This document shows positions 53,933 through 62,113 of a stretch of 64,000 bases of DNA, in pieces. A model generated the notes under the pieces. The model worked only from the letters and a program-made list of their open reading frames with translations. It had not been told where the DNA came from and ran no database searches. A program made the translations under genes and the position numbers. The stretch's first letter is position 1; every line of letters starts with the position of its first letter. Origin of the DNA: Nitrospirota bacterium (GTDB taxonomy: Bacteria; Nitrospirota; Nitrospiria; Nitrospirales; Nitrospiraceae); contig JAGXAR010000013.1 of NCBI GenBank assembly GCA_018971525.1, positions 2,389-66,388 of the forward strand, written 5' to 3'.

Positions 53933-54359
53933 GGCAGTTCGCGAGTTCTAAAAATCCGAATGTCTCTATTACTTACCATAACTCTCATGTTAATGCGCAG
54001 CGATCCCTCCCAGCCACAATTCCACCAAGAGCAAGGCATCCGGAGGGATGGGATCCGCAATACCCTTCTCTCGGTAAGCCATATGCGGGCTCACACAGAC
54101 CTTGTACCCATTAAGGCATGCTCCACCCCGGCTATCGCCTGGCGACAGCCCAGTTCAATGGGGTGATCGATGAATGTGACTCATGCCTTGACTCGCACCA
54201 TCTCGTTGGAAAGCTGCTTTGCCCGGGAGTCATTGAGCGACACTTCGTCGCCCTGGTTCAGGAAGATCGCTCCCGTTGTAGACGACATGGTCGCCTTTCT
54301 TGGCGGGCGTCCCGCTCCTTCTCGTTCGTCAAGCAACTAGAGCCCGCTCATCCGCTTGA

Positions 54360-55469
54360 TCAGTACGAGACGGTCCTGAGCGATGGCTGAATGTCGCCCT
54401 GCTCTTCCACACGGACCGTGACCCGTCCGATGATACGCCCCTCTTCGGTTTCGACGTCCACGCGCCAATCGCCTGGGTCGAGCCGCTGCTTGAACGTATA
54501 AGCCCGATAGCCGCCTTCGCGCCCGCCGTTGATCCTGATGGGAATCCTGTCGGCGTGGGTGAAGGGTTTGTCGCTGTTCGGGCGGAAGTACCAGTGATGA
54601 TAGATGGTGGTATTCAGATCGACCGGGGCAAAGACCGCCGTGAAACAATAGATCGGCTCATTGGCCGGGAAGGTGTCGTCCGACCGTTTCCAGACTTGGT
54701 ACCACTGCCTCTCGAACGAGAGTTCGAACCGGTCGCCGCTCTTCTTCACCTCATGATAGATCCCGCCGAACTTCAAGGAGAGCGGCACAGGAGGAATCCA
54801 ATTGAGGAAATAAAACCCGACCAGCAGCCCGATCAACGCGAAGGCAGGCACCGTGACCCCGACCGCCTCGCGCTTCGAGCGTTCTGGATTCTTCCAATAA
54901 ATGAGCTGAACCACCCGCAACGTCACTATTCCGCTCAACCCGGCGCCAAGGAAAAAGATCGCTGTGTTCATGTACCCCGTAACGACGGGTAAGAAGAATG
55001 TGAAGAACCCAAAACAGACGAGGGCGTAGAGGCTCACGAGCAAGCGCAGGTTCGAGAGGCGATCTCGTAGGAACTCGTTCCCGACGAGCAGCGCCACTAT
55101 GAGCGAGAAGAAAATAGCGGTGCTCGTGAGGGTGGCACTACGGGAGTAGAAAATTGCATAGGCACTGAAGAGCCCGCCCAACAGAAACTGGCTGGCCATG
55201 GGATAGTAGGGCCTCGCCTTTAGCACCCAGTGCGCGAAGGGTGAGAGGGCAGCTAACTGCCCCCGATCCGGCGCCGGCTCGATTCCCAATCGCCCTGTCA
55301 GCACGATCAGCACGCCCAAGAGCAGCAGATAGATCAGGAGCAACAGATTGTCTTGCAGGCGATCGATGCGCGTCAGCGTCAGCGTGTCATAGGCGACACC
55401 GGAAAAGAAGAACACCGGCGACATGAAGGGCTTGGCGAGTAGTGCCTTGATACCGTGCGAAGCGGACAT
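54360..55469 (-). CDS. Polytopic membrane protein with C-terminal soluble beta-rich domain (DUF2914-like)
   Basis: About 8 TM helices, followed by ...IYHHWYFRPNS...GDWRVDVETEEGRIIGRVTVRV. The family name is recalled from memory. Confidence 0.4.
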   Translation of the reverse strand: MSASHGIKALLAKPFMSPVFFFSGVAYDTLTLTRIDRLQDNLLLLIYLLLLGVLIVLTGRLGIEPAPDRGQLAALSPFAHWVLKARPYYPMASQFLLGGLFSAYAIFYSRSATLTSTAIFFSLIVALLVGNEFLRDRLSNLRLLVSLYALVCFGFFTFFLPVVTGYMNTAIFFLGAGLSGIVTLRVVQLIYWKNPERSKREAVGVTVPAFALIGLLVGFYFLNWIPPVPLSLKFGGIYHEVKKSGDRFELSFERQWYQVWKRSDDTFPANEPIYCFTAVFAPVDLNTTIYHHWYFRPNSDKPFTHADRIPIRINGGREGGYRAYTFKQRLDPGDWRVDVETEEGRIIGRVTVRVEEQGDIQPSLRTVSY

Positions 55470-55520
55470 GGGCCCTAACGTTTCAGCATATCCGCAAGAT
55501 TGTCAATCAATAGGGAGAAA

Positions 55521-55758
55521 GAGGATGGCTCAAAACGATCATCCTTCTCACCCTCCCGCCCTGAGTCTGCCAAGACAGCCTCTTCGCCCAAGAGCGCGCC
55601 TTGTCCCGAGCAAGGCAGCAGGAGAGGAATAACCGGAGGCGTACCATTTCTTACCCGCCCACCCCAAGCTGCCAAGACAGCTTGCTCTCCGAATGGGCTA
55701 CGTTGTAGATGTTTTCGGGGCGAGAACGAAGTTGGGGGTCGTTCTCAGCCGTCCGTTA
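55521..55758. repeat. MITE-like repeat, composite/degenerate long copy (copy 4)
   Basis: The left TIR is GAGGATGGCTCAAAACGATCATCC. There is an internal ~45-nt partial duplication (TTCTCACCCTCCCGCC..GCCAAGACAGC / TTCTTACCCGCCCACC..GCCAAGACAGC). The block 55633-55682 is 48/50 identical to the reverse complement of 51532-51581. The right TIR is degenerate. A solo TIR-like AACGTTTCAGCATATCCGC lies at 55477-55495. Confidence 0.6.
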
Positions 55759-56817
55759 GAGGAAAGGAGGGAGAGGCGCGTACACCACCGAATGCCCGAT
55801 CAACCGTTCCAACCATGGGGCCATCAGATCCTCGTTCAGCGGGGCCCGGTTCAGACGGGCCTCGATGTGAAATCCCGCCTCGTTGCCGACGATCCCGATA
55901 ATGACAGAGGCATCCTCTACGCCTGGAAGAAGTTCCTGTGTTTGAAACTCACAGAGGGTACTATAGAGGCGGCCATCGGGATCGATCGCCGATCGGATCT
56001 CCGGCAAGTCGTCGAGAGGGCAATGCACAGAACAGCGATAGACGGAGCGGGCAGTTGGCTCAATTGTTTGAAACTCCACAAGCGCGTCCTCTGAAAAGCC
56101 AGTCAGATAGGCCCGGACGCTGGCTGGTTCCGGTGCCGAGGTCGCGGCCAATTTACTGGCCGGCACAAGGAACTCATAGGCGTCTGCCGTATTGTATTCA
56201 AACTGACAGGGCCCAAAGGCGTCGGGCCAGGAGCAGAAGAAGGGCACGGAGGGATCGACCGGACGCAAAACCAGCTGGTCCTTCTCAATCGATGTCACGA
56301 TGGGAAGCTCCAACAGCGTGATCGCTTCGAGAAACGCCGTGCGCCGTTCCTCCAGCCACTGCGCCCGCTCGGCATCGCCGCGCGTCTCGCCGGGAGTGAT
56401 GACGTCTTTCGTTTGGAGGCGTACGCGGATAAACGAATGGGCGTGGCGAAATCCCAGCCAGAGCATGCTGCGGGGATCGTGCAACCGTAACGGATCGCGA
56501 ACGCGCCAGGGATGGCTGATCGAGCAGTAGGTGCCCACATCTTGGTAGCGCTGGTAGACGGTGTGGTAGGCCCCGGCCAAGAGAAAGAAATCCCCGCGCC
56601 ACCCCTCTCGGACGTGGATCAGTGTCACATCTTCCGTGGACCACGCGTCCAGTTGGTCGAAATCCTCATGAGACTCGACCGTCCATTCTTCGACATAACA
56701 GATGACGTCCTTCGCAGGCACCGCCGGCTTTAACCCCAACGCAGCCAGACGCTCGCCCACGACGAGCACCTGCCCGAAGGTCAGAGGGGTCGTCGTTTCC
56801 CAACGACGTTCACGCAC
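55756..56817 (-). CDS. Hypothetical protein (353 aa, no recognised domain)
   Basis: Long ORF with no competing frame and no motif recognised by eye. Confidence 0.5.
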   Translation of the reverse strand: MRERRWETTTPLTFGQVLVVGERLAALGLKPAVPAKDVICYVEEWTVESHEDFDQLDAWSTEDVTLIHVREGWRGDFFLLAGAYHTVYQRYQDVGTYCSISHPWRVRDPLRLHDPRSMLWLGFRHAHSFIRVRLQTKDVITPGETRGDAERAQWLEERRTAFLEAITLLELPIVTSIEKDQLVLRPVDPSVPFFCSWPDAFGPCQFEYNTADAYEFLVPASKLAATSAPEPASVRAYLTGFSEDALVEFQTIEPTARSVYRCSVHCPLDDLPEIRSAIDPDGRLYSTLCEFQTQELLPGVEDASVIIGIVGNEAGFHIEARLNRAPLNEDLMAPWLERLIGHSVVYAPLPPFL

Positions 56818-56843
56818 GGTGGATCATCTCTTCCCCCGGCCCA

Positions 56844-57503
56844 TCAACGTACCGGTCGCAACGCCTTCTGCTCGATCGTCGTATCGGCGAGGAACCGATC
56901 GATTCCGTCCTTCAGGGTCGCCGACATTAACTCTTGCACATCGTCTTCGCTGAACCAGACCACGGTATCACGTTGTGCTCCCTCGACATTCCTGATCGTC
57001 GCGCTCTGGTCGCCAAGGTTCCTTGCGGTGATCACCATTTTGCTGCTGGTGTTCACCACCGTCGAGAAAATTCGGCTCTTGGCGTTGGCTGAAAAATCGA
57101 GCAACTGGCCGCTGATGACGATGTCGGCATCGTTCAGATTGGTCGCTGCCCCGCTGGAAGCGACCCGCACCGTCCAGGCCCGATCCTTCCATCCGCGCGT
57201 TTTTAGACGATCTGCGAGGGCCTGGGTAATCACGTCTCCCGGACGCTCCCCCGCCACATTGAAGTAGGTCACCCCGCCCCACAAATGAGTCCGCAGACCG
57301 AGCCGATTCTTCTCCAGTCGCCGATCCTCGAAGGGTTCGATGACGATTCTGACCGGTTCCGGCTCCATGTATTGCGCCGCCACCTGTTTCTGCTGAAGAT
57401 CCAGATAGTGTGTTTTCCCGGTCCCTCCACAACCCGCTCCCATCAGCAGGCTAGCCACGAGCACGATGCCGACGCCCAATCGTCCCGATGTCTGTTTCAC
57501 CAT
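56844..57503 (-). CDS. Lipoprotein (unknown function)
   Basis: Lipobox LLMGAGC after a hydrophobic signal. Start reset to ATG 57503, preceded by AAGGAGG. Confidence 0.65.
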   Translation of the reverse strand: MVKQTSGRLGVGIVLVASLLMGAGCGGTGKTHYLDLQQKQVAAQYMEPEPVRIVIEPFEDRRLEKNRLGLRTHLWGGVTYFNVAGERPGDVITQALADRLKTRGWKDRAWTVRVASSGAATNLNDADIVISGQLLDFSANAKSRIFSTVVNTSSKMVITARNLGDQSATIRNVEGAQRDTVVWFSEDDVQELMSATLKDGIDRFLADTTIEQKALRPVR

Positions 57504-57584
57504 GTCCTCCTTGCAGTTGACGATCCCACCGTTGAAGCGGCCCAGTCTACCCAAGTTTCCGATCAGAGACAAATGCCGGTGCGA

Positions 57585-57702
57585 GCAGGATGCTGAAAAG
57601 GTCCACCAGCACCGAAAAGGCCGAGGCTCAAGCTAAGGTTGAGGCAAAGACGAAGAATGTCAGGTCTTGGCTCAGCCTTGACCTCGACCTCAGCCTTCCT
57701 CG
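57585..57702. repeat. MITE-like repeat, right-end-truncated (copy 5)
   Basis: The left TIR is GCAGGATGCTGAAAAGGTCCACC. The interior contains AAGGTTGAGGC...GCCTTGACCTCGACCTCAGCC. No right TIR is seen before the stop codon at 57703. Confidence 0.6.
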
Positions 57703-58323
57703 CTAGCGGGTCACAATGGGGAGGAGTGCCCGAAAGGTCTGGCGGCTGAATTCCGACACCTGACCAGACTGAATCCGAGGATCGGTGAACGGCGCGAAGC
57801 GGACGATCTTCAAAAAAGACCGTTCGGCCAACACGGCGGCAATCTGCGCCTTTCGATCATGGGTGATCGGCAACGTGTACCCCTCGCCGCGTTTCCATTC
57901 CCACAACGTCGGCGCCAACGACAGTTCCAGTCCCTGCCCGGCGAGCTGATGAAACCGGTCCACGATCCTGGCCTTGTGCTGTTTGATCCCCTCCCCTTCC
58001 AGCATTAAGGCGCACACGACGTGGTGCCCCCACCAAAAGAGCGTCCGAAAGGCAAAGACGTTCGAGTCGTGGAAGTGTTTCGGAAAGTCCAGATATTGGT
58101 AGGGAAAGAATTCGAGGTGCTCTCCCTTCACAAAATGGCAGTTGGTGGAATCGAAATCCGGCGGGGTCACGAGCGTAGCCGACGCGACTTCCTCTTTCAA
58201 CGCCGCATGGGTAGCCGCGAGCGAGTGGCGCACCTTGGCCATGATCTGTGCCTTGGCGCGAAAAAAGTGCTGGTCGGCCATCAAAGCCGCTTCTTCGTCT
58301 GTAAACTGTGAGGGCATAATCAT
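57703..58323 (-). CDS. Hypothetical protein (206 aa)
   Basis: ORF with ATG at 58323 (the ORF-track start is TTG 58326). No motif recognised. Confidence 0.5.
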   Translation of the reverse strand: MIMPSQFTDEEAALMADQHFFRAKAQIMAKVRHSLAATHAALKEEVASATLVTPPDFDSTNCHFVKGEHLEFFPYQYLDFPKHFHDSNVFAFRTLFWWGHHVVCALMLEGEGIKQHKARIVDRFHQLAGQGLELSLAPTLWEWKRGEGYTLPITHDRKAQIAAVLAERSFLKIVRFAPFTDPRIQSGQVSEFSRQTFRALLPIVTR

Positions 58324-58356
58324 CAACCGGCCGGACGAATGGCTCGAGGGTGCCGG

Positions 58357-58725
58357 CTATTTCTGATGCGTTTCGAACTGGGAGACCGCCAGGTCGTACT
58401 GCGCCCGACATTCTGCACAGCGGACCCATACCGCATCTTGAAATACATCCATTTCCCGAACCGATAGGGCGGGAGCATGGGTGCCCAAACAGGCCTTGAG
58501 CGCCACGAGTCCATCCGGCTGCGCAGGCCCCTCGTCAGGCGAGGAGGAATCCGCAGCCGATGTCTGCCTGGTGATCGTATTGGTCGTCACCCGATGTACC
58601 ATGCGGCAGGAACTACACGTCACCACCACAATGCGCTCCGGTTCGACGCGCTTGATCGTCAGGCAGAGCGGATGCACCGACCAACATTGTTGGAGAAAGG
58701 CTCCGCTGCGGATAATCTCTGCCAT
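58357..58725 (-). CDS. Hypothetical protein with two CxxC pairs (zinc-ribbon-like)
   Basis: CSSC and CAEC pairs. ATG preceded by AAGGA. Confidence 0.45.
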   Translation of the reverse strand: MAEIIRSGAFLQQCWSVHPLCLTIKRVEPERIVVVTCSSCRMVHRVTTNTITRQTSAADSSSPDEGPAQPDGLVALKACLGTHAPALSVREMDVFQDAVWVRCAECRAQYDLAVSQFETHQK

Positions 58726-58833
58726 CGACCGTCCTTACGCCGAAGCAAACAGGCTAGCAGGTTGCGAAAGAGCCAGCGTAACACGCTAGAACTTCAATGG
58801 ACCGTGCGTGTGACACAACAGTGCAACACTCCT

Positions 58834-59012
58834 GCAGGATGCTCAAACAGGCCGTCCAGCAAGTAAATGCCCAAATCGTACCCTCTGGGGCGCACGGTGC
58901 GACGAATAAGAGCACCAAGTCTGTGCGCGCCGCCGAGTGGTGAGGCGGCTGGGTCCCCGTTGAGGGTCTGAACGATGCGAGAACGCTGCCGGCGGACTGT
59001 TTCAGCATCCTG
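58834..59012. repeat. MITE-like repeat, long variant (copy 6)
   Basis: TIRs: GCAGGATGCTCAAACAGGCCGTCC at the left end and GGCGGACTGTTTCAGCATCCTG at the right. The right end is directly adjacent to the stop at 59013. Confidence 0.8.
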
Positions 59013-59348
59013 TTAGAGCGCCCAAAGGGCCAGCATCATCAACACGCCGATCACATAGGGGAACACACATGAATAGAGCAGTGCCGACCGCGCACGGTCC
59101 GGCGACCCGTTGAGCGAGAGTTGCTCCTTGTAGATGAATTCACGGGAGAGGATCAGTACCGTGAGCGTCAGCGCCAACGTTCGGCTTGTCCGCGGCCAGG
59201 TATAGGCACCGCTGATGATGAAGTTCGCCGTGAAGAACCCGCTGAAGAGGAGAATCAGCGGCGCCAGGACGAACCGGACTGATTCGGAAAAAAAGGCATG
59301 CCAGCCCGGACGGGTTTCCACTGGGCTTGGTTGTGAACTGAGATTCAC
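59013..59348 (-). CDS. Small 3-TM membrane protein (hypothetical)
   Basis: GTG 59348 forms a GTGA overlap with the stop of ORF 59345-59632. Three hydrophobic helices are present. The longer ORF-track version has an Arg/Pro-rich, non-protein-like N-terminus. Confidence 0.4.
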   Translation of the reverse strand: MNLSSQPSPVETRPGWHAFFSESVRFVLAPLILLFSGFFTANFIISGAYTWPRTSRTLALTLTVLILSREFIYKEQLSLNGSPDRARSALLYSCVFPYVIGVLMMLALWAL

Positions 59349-59632
59349 GACCCGACGGCCACTGGAGCCTCTACCTTCGGCGAAGGAGAGGGGGTGCCCT
59401 CTTGGACGGCGCGGCAGGTCTTGCACACGCGGGGGCGGACTTTCAGGAACGAGACTTTGCCGCTGGCCAGGCAGCTGTAGTGGACGAACTCGTCGCACAA
59501 GGTGCAGCGAGACCAGCCGCCGGTGAAAAACGTCTTGTTGCGGTAGAGTCCTTCCTTGCACACCTTGCAGTGCCGGGGTTCAATCCCCAACAACATCGGC
59601 TCCCAATCCCCACCGCCTTTTCTAATGCTCAT
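59345..59632 (-). CDS. Small Cys-rich protein with C4HC3 (PHD-finger-like) spacing
   Basis: CKVC-x17-CTLC-x4-H-x2-C-x15-CKTC. The start is taken at ATG 59632 (MSIRKGG); the ORF is open up to 59752. Confidence 0.45.
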   Translation of the reverse strand: MSIRKGGGDWEPMLLGIEPRHCKVCKEGLYRNKTFFTGGWSRCTLCDEFVHYSCLASGKVSFLKVRPRVCKTCRAVQEGTPSPSPKVEAPVAVGS

Positions 59633-59852
59633 GCGGCGAAGTATAGCGAAGGCGCGAGGCGAGAGGCAAGGGGCGCAGAGGTCATGAAACCTCTTCTCCC
59701 TCACCGCCGCCCCCACCAAGCCCCCCTCGATTGTTTGACAGCCTTTAGACATTTTGTTACTCTCCGCGCCGATCTAGAAGGCTGAGAGACAATTCTCTCG
59801 GCACACCAGAACTCTACTGGTTCGCACGTCTTCGACAACAGGAGAACAGCCC

Positions 59853-60023
59853 GCAGGATGACCAAAAGGCCAGACTTCTCACCCGCTCAACCCCCGGCGC
59901 GTTAGGACGTGCCGTTCCGCGGTCAAAGCCGCAACGGGTGAAGAGCCGACTCGTACCCTCTGGGATACATAGAGAGTCTGAATGAGGCGAGAACGCCGCT
60001 GGCGGACTGTTTCAGCATCCTGC
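59853..60023. repeat. MITE-like repeat, long variant (copy 7)
   Basis: TIRs: GCAGGATGACCAAAAGGCCAGAC at the left end and GGCGGACTGTTTCAGCATCCTGC at the right. The 3' half is near-identical to copy 6. Confidence 0.8.
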
Positions 60024-60050
60024 TAAGGCCTGTCACGAGGAACTCGGCTT

Positions 60051-60060
60051 CCCCCCCCCC
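60051..60060 (+). repeat. C10 homopolymer directly abutting the ispA start codon
   Basis: The sequence reads GAGGAACTCGGCTT-CCCCCCCCCC-ATG. Confidence 0.9.
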
Positions 60061-60951
60061 ATGAACATCAAGGACTACCTCGAACAGAAGCGGGTCGACG
60101 TGGATCGGTTCCTCGATACTGTCATGCCTGGCGCCACCACAGCGCCCGCCACACTCCACGAAAGCATGCGATACAGTCTCATGGCAGGAGGAAAGCGGGT
60201 TCGCCCGATCCTGGCCATCGCCGCGGCAGAAGCGGTGGGGCAGCCAGCGCCAGGATTGATGCCGGTCGCCTGTTCGTTGGAACTGATCCACACCTACTCA
60301 TTGATTCACGACGACCTGCCCGCGATGGACAACGACGACTTCCGGCGAGGGAAGCCGACGAATCACAAAGTGTACGGCGACGCGATGGCCATCCTGGCCG
60401 GCGATGCATTACTGACGATGGCGTTCGAGCTCTGCAGCCGTCCGGATCTCATGAAAGGCTGCGACCCGGCGCGCCAGGTTCGGCTGATTCAAGAACTCGC
60501 ATACGGATCAGGGAACATGGGGATGGTGGGCGGTCAGGTGTTCGATATCCAGGCTGAACATAAAGATATCGACCTTCCGACGCTCCAGAACATCCACAAG
60601 CATAAGACCGGCATGTTGATTCGCGCAGCGGTACGGATGGGCGCCATAGCCGCCGGAGCAAACGACCGCCAACTGGATGACCTCACGAGTTATGCCGAGG
60701 ATGTCGGACTGGCCTTTCAGATCGCGGATGATGTGCTCAACGTGACGGGAACGCGCGAGGAACTCGGCAAGAACCCCAACACCGATGCGGAACGCGGGAA
60801 GAAAACCTACCCGACGTTCTACGGGGCCGAGGGAGCCAGAAAACTGGCGGACGATTGTGTGGCCCGCGCGATCGCGCGCCTTTCCTCGTTGGGTCCGGCT
60901 GCCGACCCGCTCCGCGAACTGGCGCGCTACATCACGTCGCGGAAGAACTGA
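60061..60951 (+). CDS. ispA: (2E,6E)-farnesyl/geranylgeranyl diphosphate synthase (short-chain polyprenyl synthase)
   Basis: LIHDDLPAMDNDDFRRG (first Asp-rich motif), FQIADDVLN (second Asp-rich motif) and GGKRVRP. Confidence 0.9.
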   Translation: MNIKDYLEQKRVDVDRFLDTVMPGATTAPATLHESMRYSLMAGGKRVRPILAIAAAEAVGQPAPGLMPVACSLELIHTYSLIHDDLPAMDNDDFRRGKPTNHKVYGDAMAILAGDALLTMAFELCSRPDLMKGCDPARQVRLIQELAYGSGNMGMVGGQVFDIQAEHKDIDLPTLQNIHKHKTGMLIRAAVRMGAIAAGANDRQLDDLTSYAEDVGLAFQIADDVLNVTGTREELGKNPNTDAERGKKTYPTFYGAEGARKLADDCVARAIARLSSLGPAADPLRELARYITSRKN

Positions 60952-61057
60952 TCCCCCGGCGTGAAACATAAAACGTGAAACGCAACCCTCTCGGTCAGAC
61001 TATGATTTCTCTCTACTCACGCGTCACCTTTGACGTTTTAAGGCTTACGTCTTCATC

Positions 61058-62041
61058 ATGAAGGTTCTCGTCACCGGCGCAACCGGATTCGTCGGCGGCG
61101 CAGTGGTACGCGCGCTGGTACACCGCGGCATCGACGTCCGCATCCTGGCCCGCGCCGGATCCGACCTCCAAAATATTCAGAATCTGGCCGTCGAGCGGGT
61201 CGAGGGCGATCTGCGCGATCAGGCCTCGTTGCGCAAATCGCTCGCCGGATGCCAACAGCTCTACCATATGGCGGCGCACTATGCGCTCTGGGCCAAAGAT
61301 CCCTCGATTTTTTACGACGTCAACGTCACCGGCACGAGGAATCTGCTGGAAGCGGCCCGAGCGGTCGGCACCGAACGGATCGTCTACTGCAGTACCGTCG
61401 GCGCGATCGGGCTTCCGCCCGACGGAGGACTCGGCACGGAAGAGACGCCCGTCTCGCTCGAACAGATGACCGGTCACTACAAACGGTCGAAGTACCTGGC
61501 CGAGCAAGAGGTCTTGAAGCTCGCGAAGGCAGGGCTGCCGGTCGTCATCGTGAATCCGAGTGCCCCGGTCGGCGCAGGCGACGTGAAACCGACCCCGACG
61601 GGGCAGGTCATCGTGGATTTCATGAAGGGCCGCATGCCGGCCTATATCGAAACCGGGATGAACATCGTGGACATCGATGACGTGGCCGCTGGCCATCTGC
61701 TCGCGATGGAGAAGGGCCGGATCGGCGAGCGATACATTCTGGGCAACAAAAATTTGATGCTTCGGGAGGTATTTGAAATCTTGAGTCGCCTGACCGGCAT
61801 CAAGGCTCCCACGATCAAGCTCCCACGGCTGGCGATTCTCCCCCTGGCTTACCTCAATCAGTGGATCTCCAACCTCACCGGCCAGCCACCTCGTATTCCG
61901 CTCGAAGGGGTGAAGATGGCCAAGGATAAGATGCATTATGACTGCAGCAAAGCGATCAGGGAACTCGGCATCCCGCAGACACCCCCGGAGGTTGCGCTGG
62001 AGAAGGCCGTACGGTGGTTCCGAGATCACGGCTATGCGTAA
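61058..62041 (+). CDS. hpnA: NAD-dependent epimerase/reductase, hopanoid-associated sugar epimerase (HpnA)-like
   Basis: MKVLVTGATGFVGGAVV, YKRSKYLAE (YxxxK) and ...HMAAHYALWAKDP...VTGTRNLLEAA patterns of the HpnA/dihydroflavonol-reductase-like clade. The symbol is assigned from the pattern only. Confidence 0.65.
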   Translation: MKVLVTGATGFVGGAVVRALVHRGIDVRILARAGSDLQNIQNLAVERVEGDLRDQASLRKSLAGCQQLYHMAAHYALWAKDPSIFYDVNVTGTRNLLEAARAVGTERIVYCSTVGAIGLPPDGGLGTEETPVSLEQMTGHYKRSKYLAEQEVLKLAKAGLPVVIVNPSAPVGAGDVKPTPTGQVIVDFMKGRMPAYIETGMNIVDIDDVAAGHLLAMEKGRIGERYILGNKNLMLREVFEILSRLTGIKAPTIKLPRLAILPLAYLNQWISNLTGQPPRIPLEGVKMAKDKMHYDCSKAIRELGIPQTPPEVALEKAVRWFRDHGYA

Positions 62042-62113
62042 CAAAAAGCGGTTAGCCATCGGCTCTCAGCATTCGGCTCGGGGCTGATCGCTGAAAGATG
62101 AAGGCTCTTCCCC

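Noticed and set aside
53933-54359. Tiny minus-strand ORFs as a degraded toxin-antitoxin pair: a 35-aa ORF (MSSTTGAIFLNQGDEVSLND...) starting at 54288, and a ~30-aa ORF.
   Set aside because: They bear only a vague resemblance to AbrB/PIN fragments, with no conserved catalytic residues, and are too short to support a call. The ~430-bp region is left unassigned.
61013-62059. 348-aa minus-strand ORF.
   Set aside because: It is antisense to the hpnA-like gene, which has clear GxxGxxG and YxxxK motifs. It is a shadow ORF.
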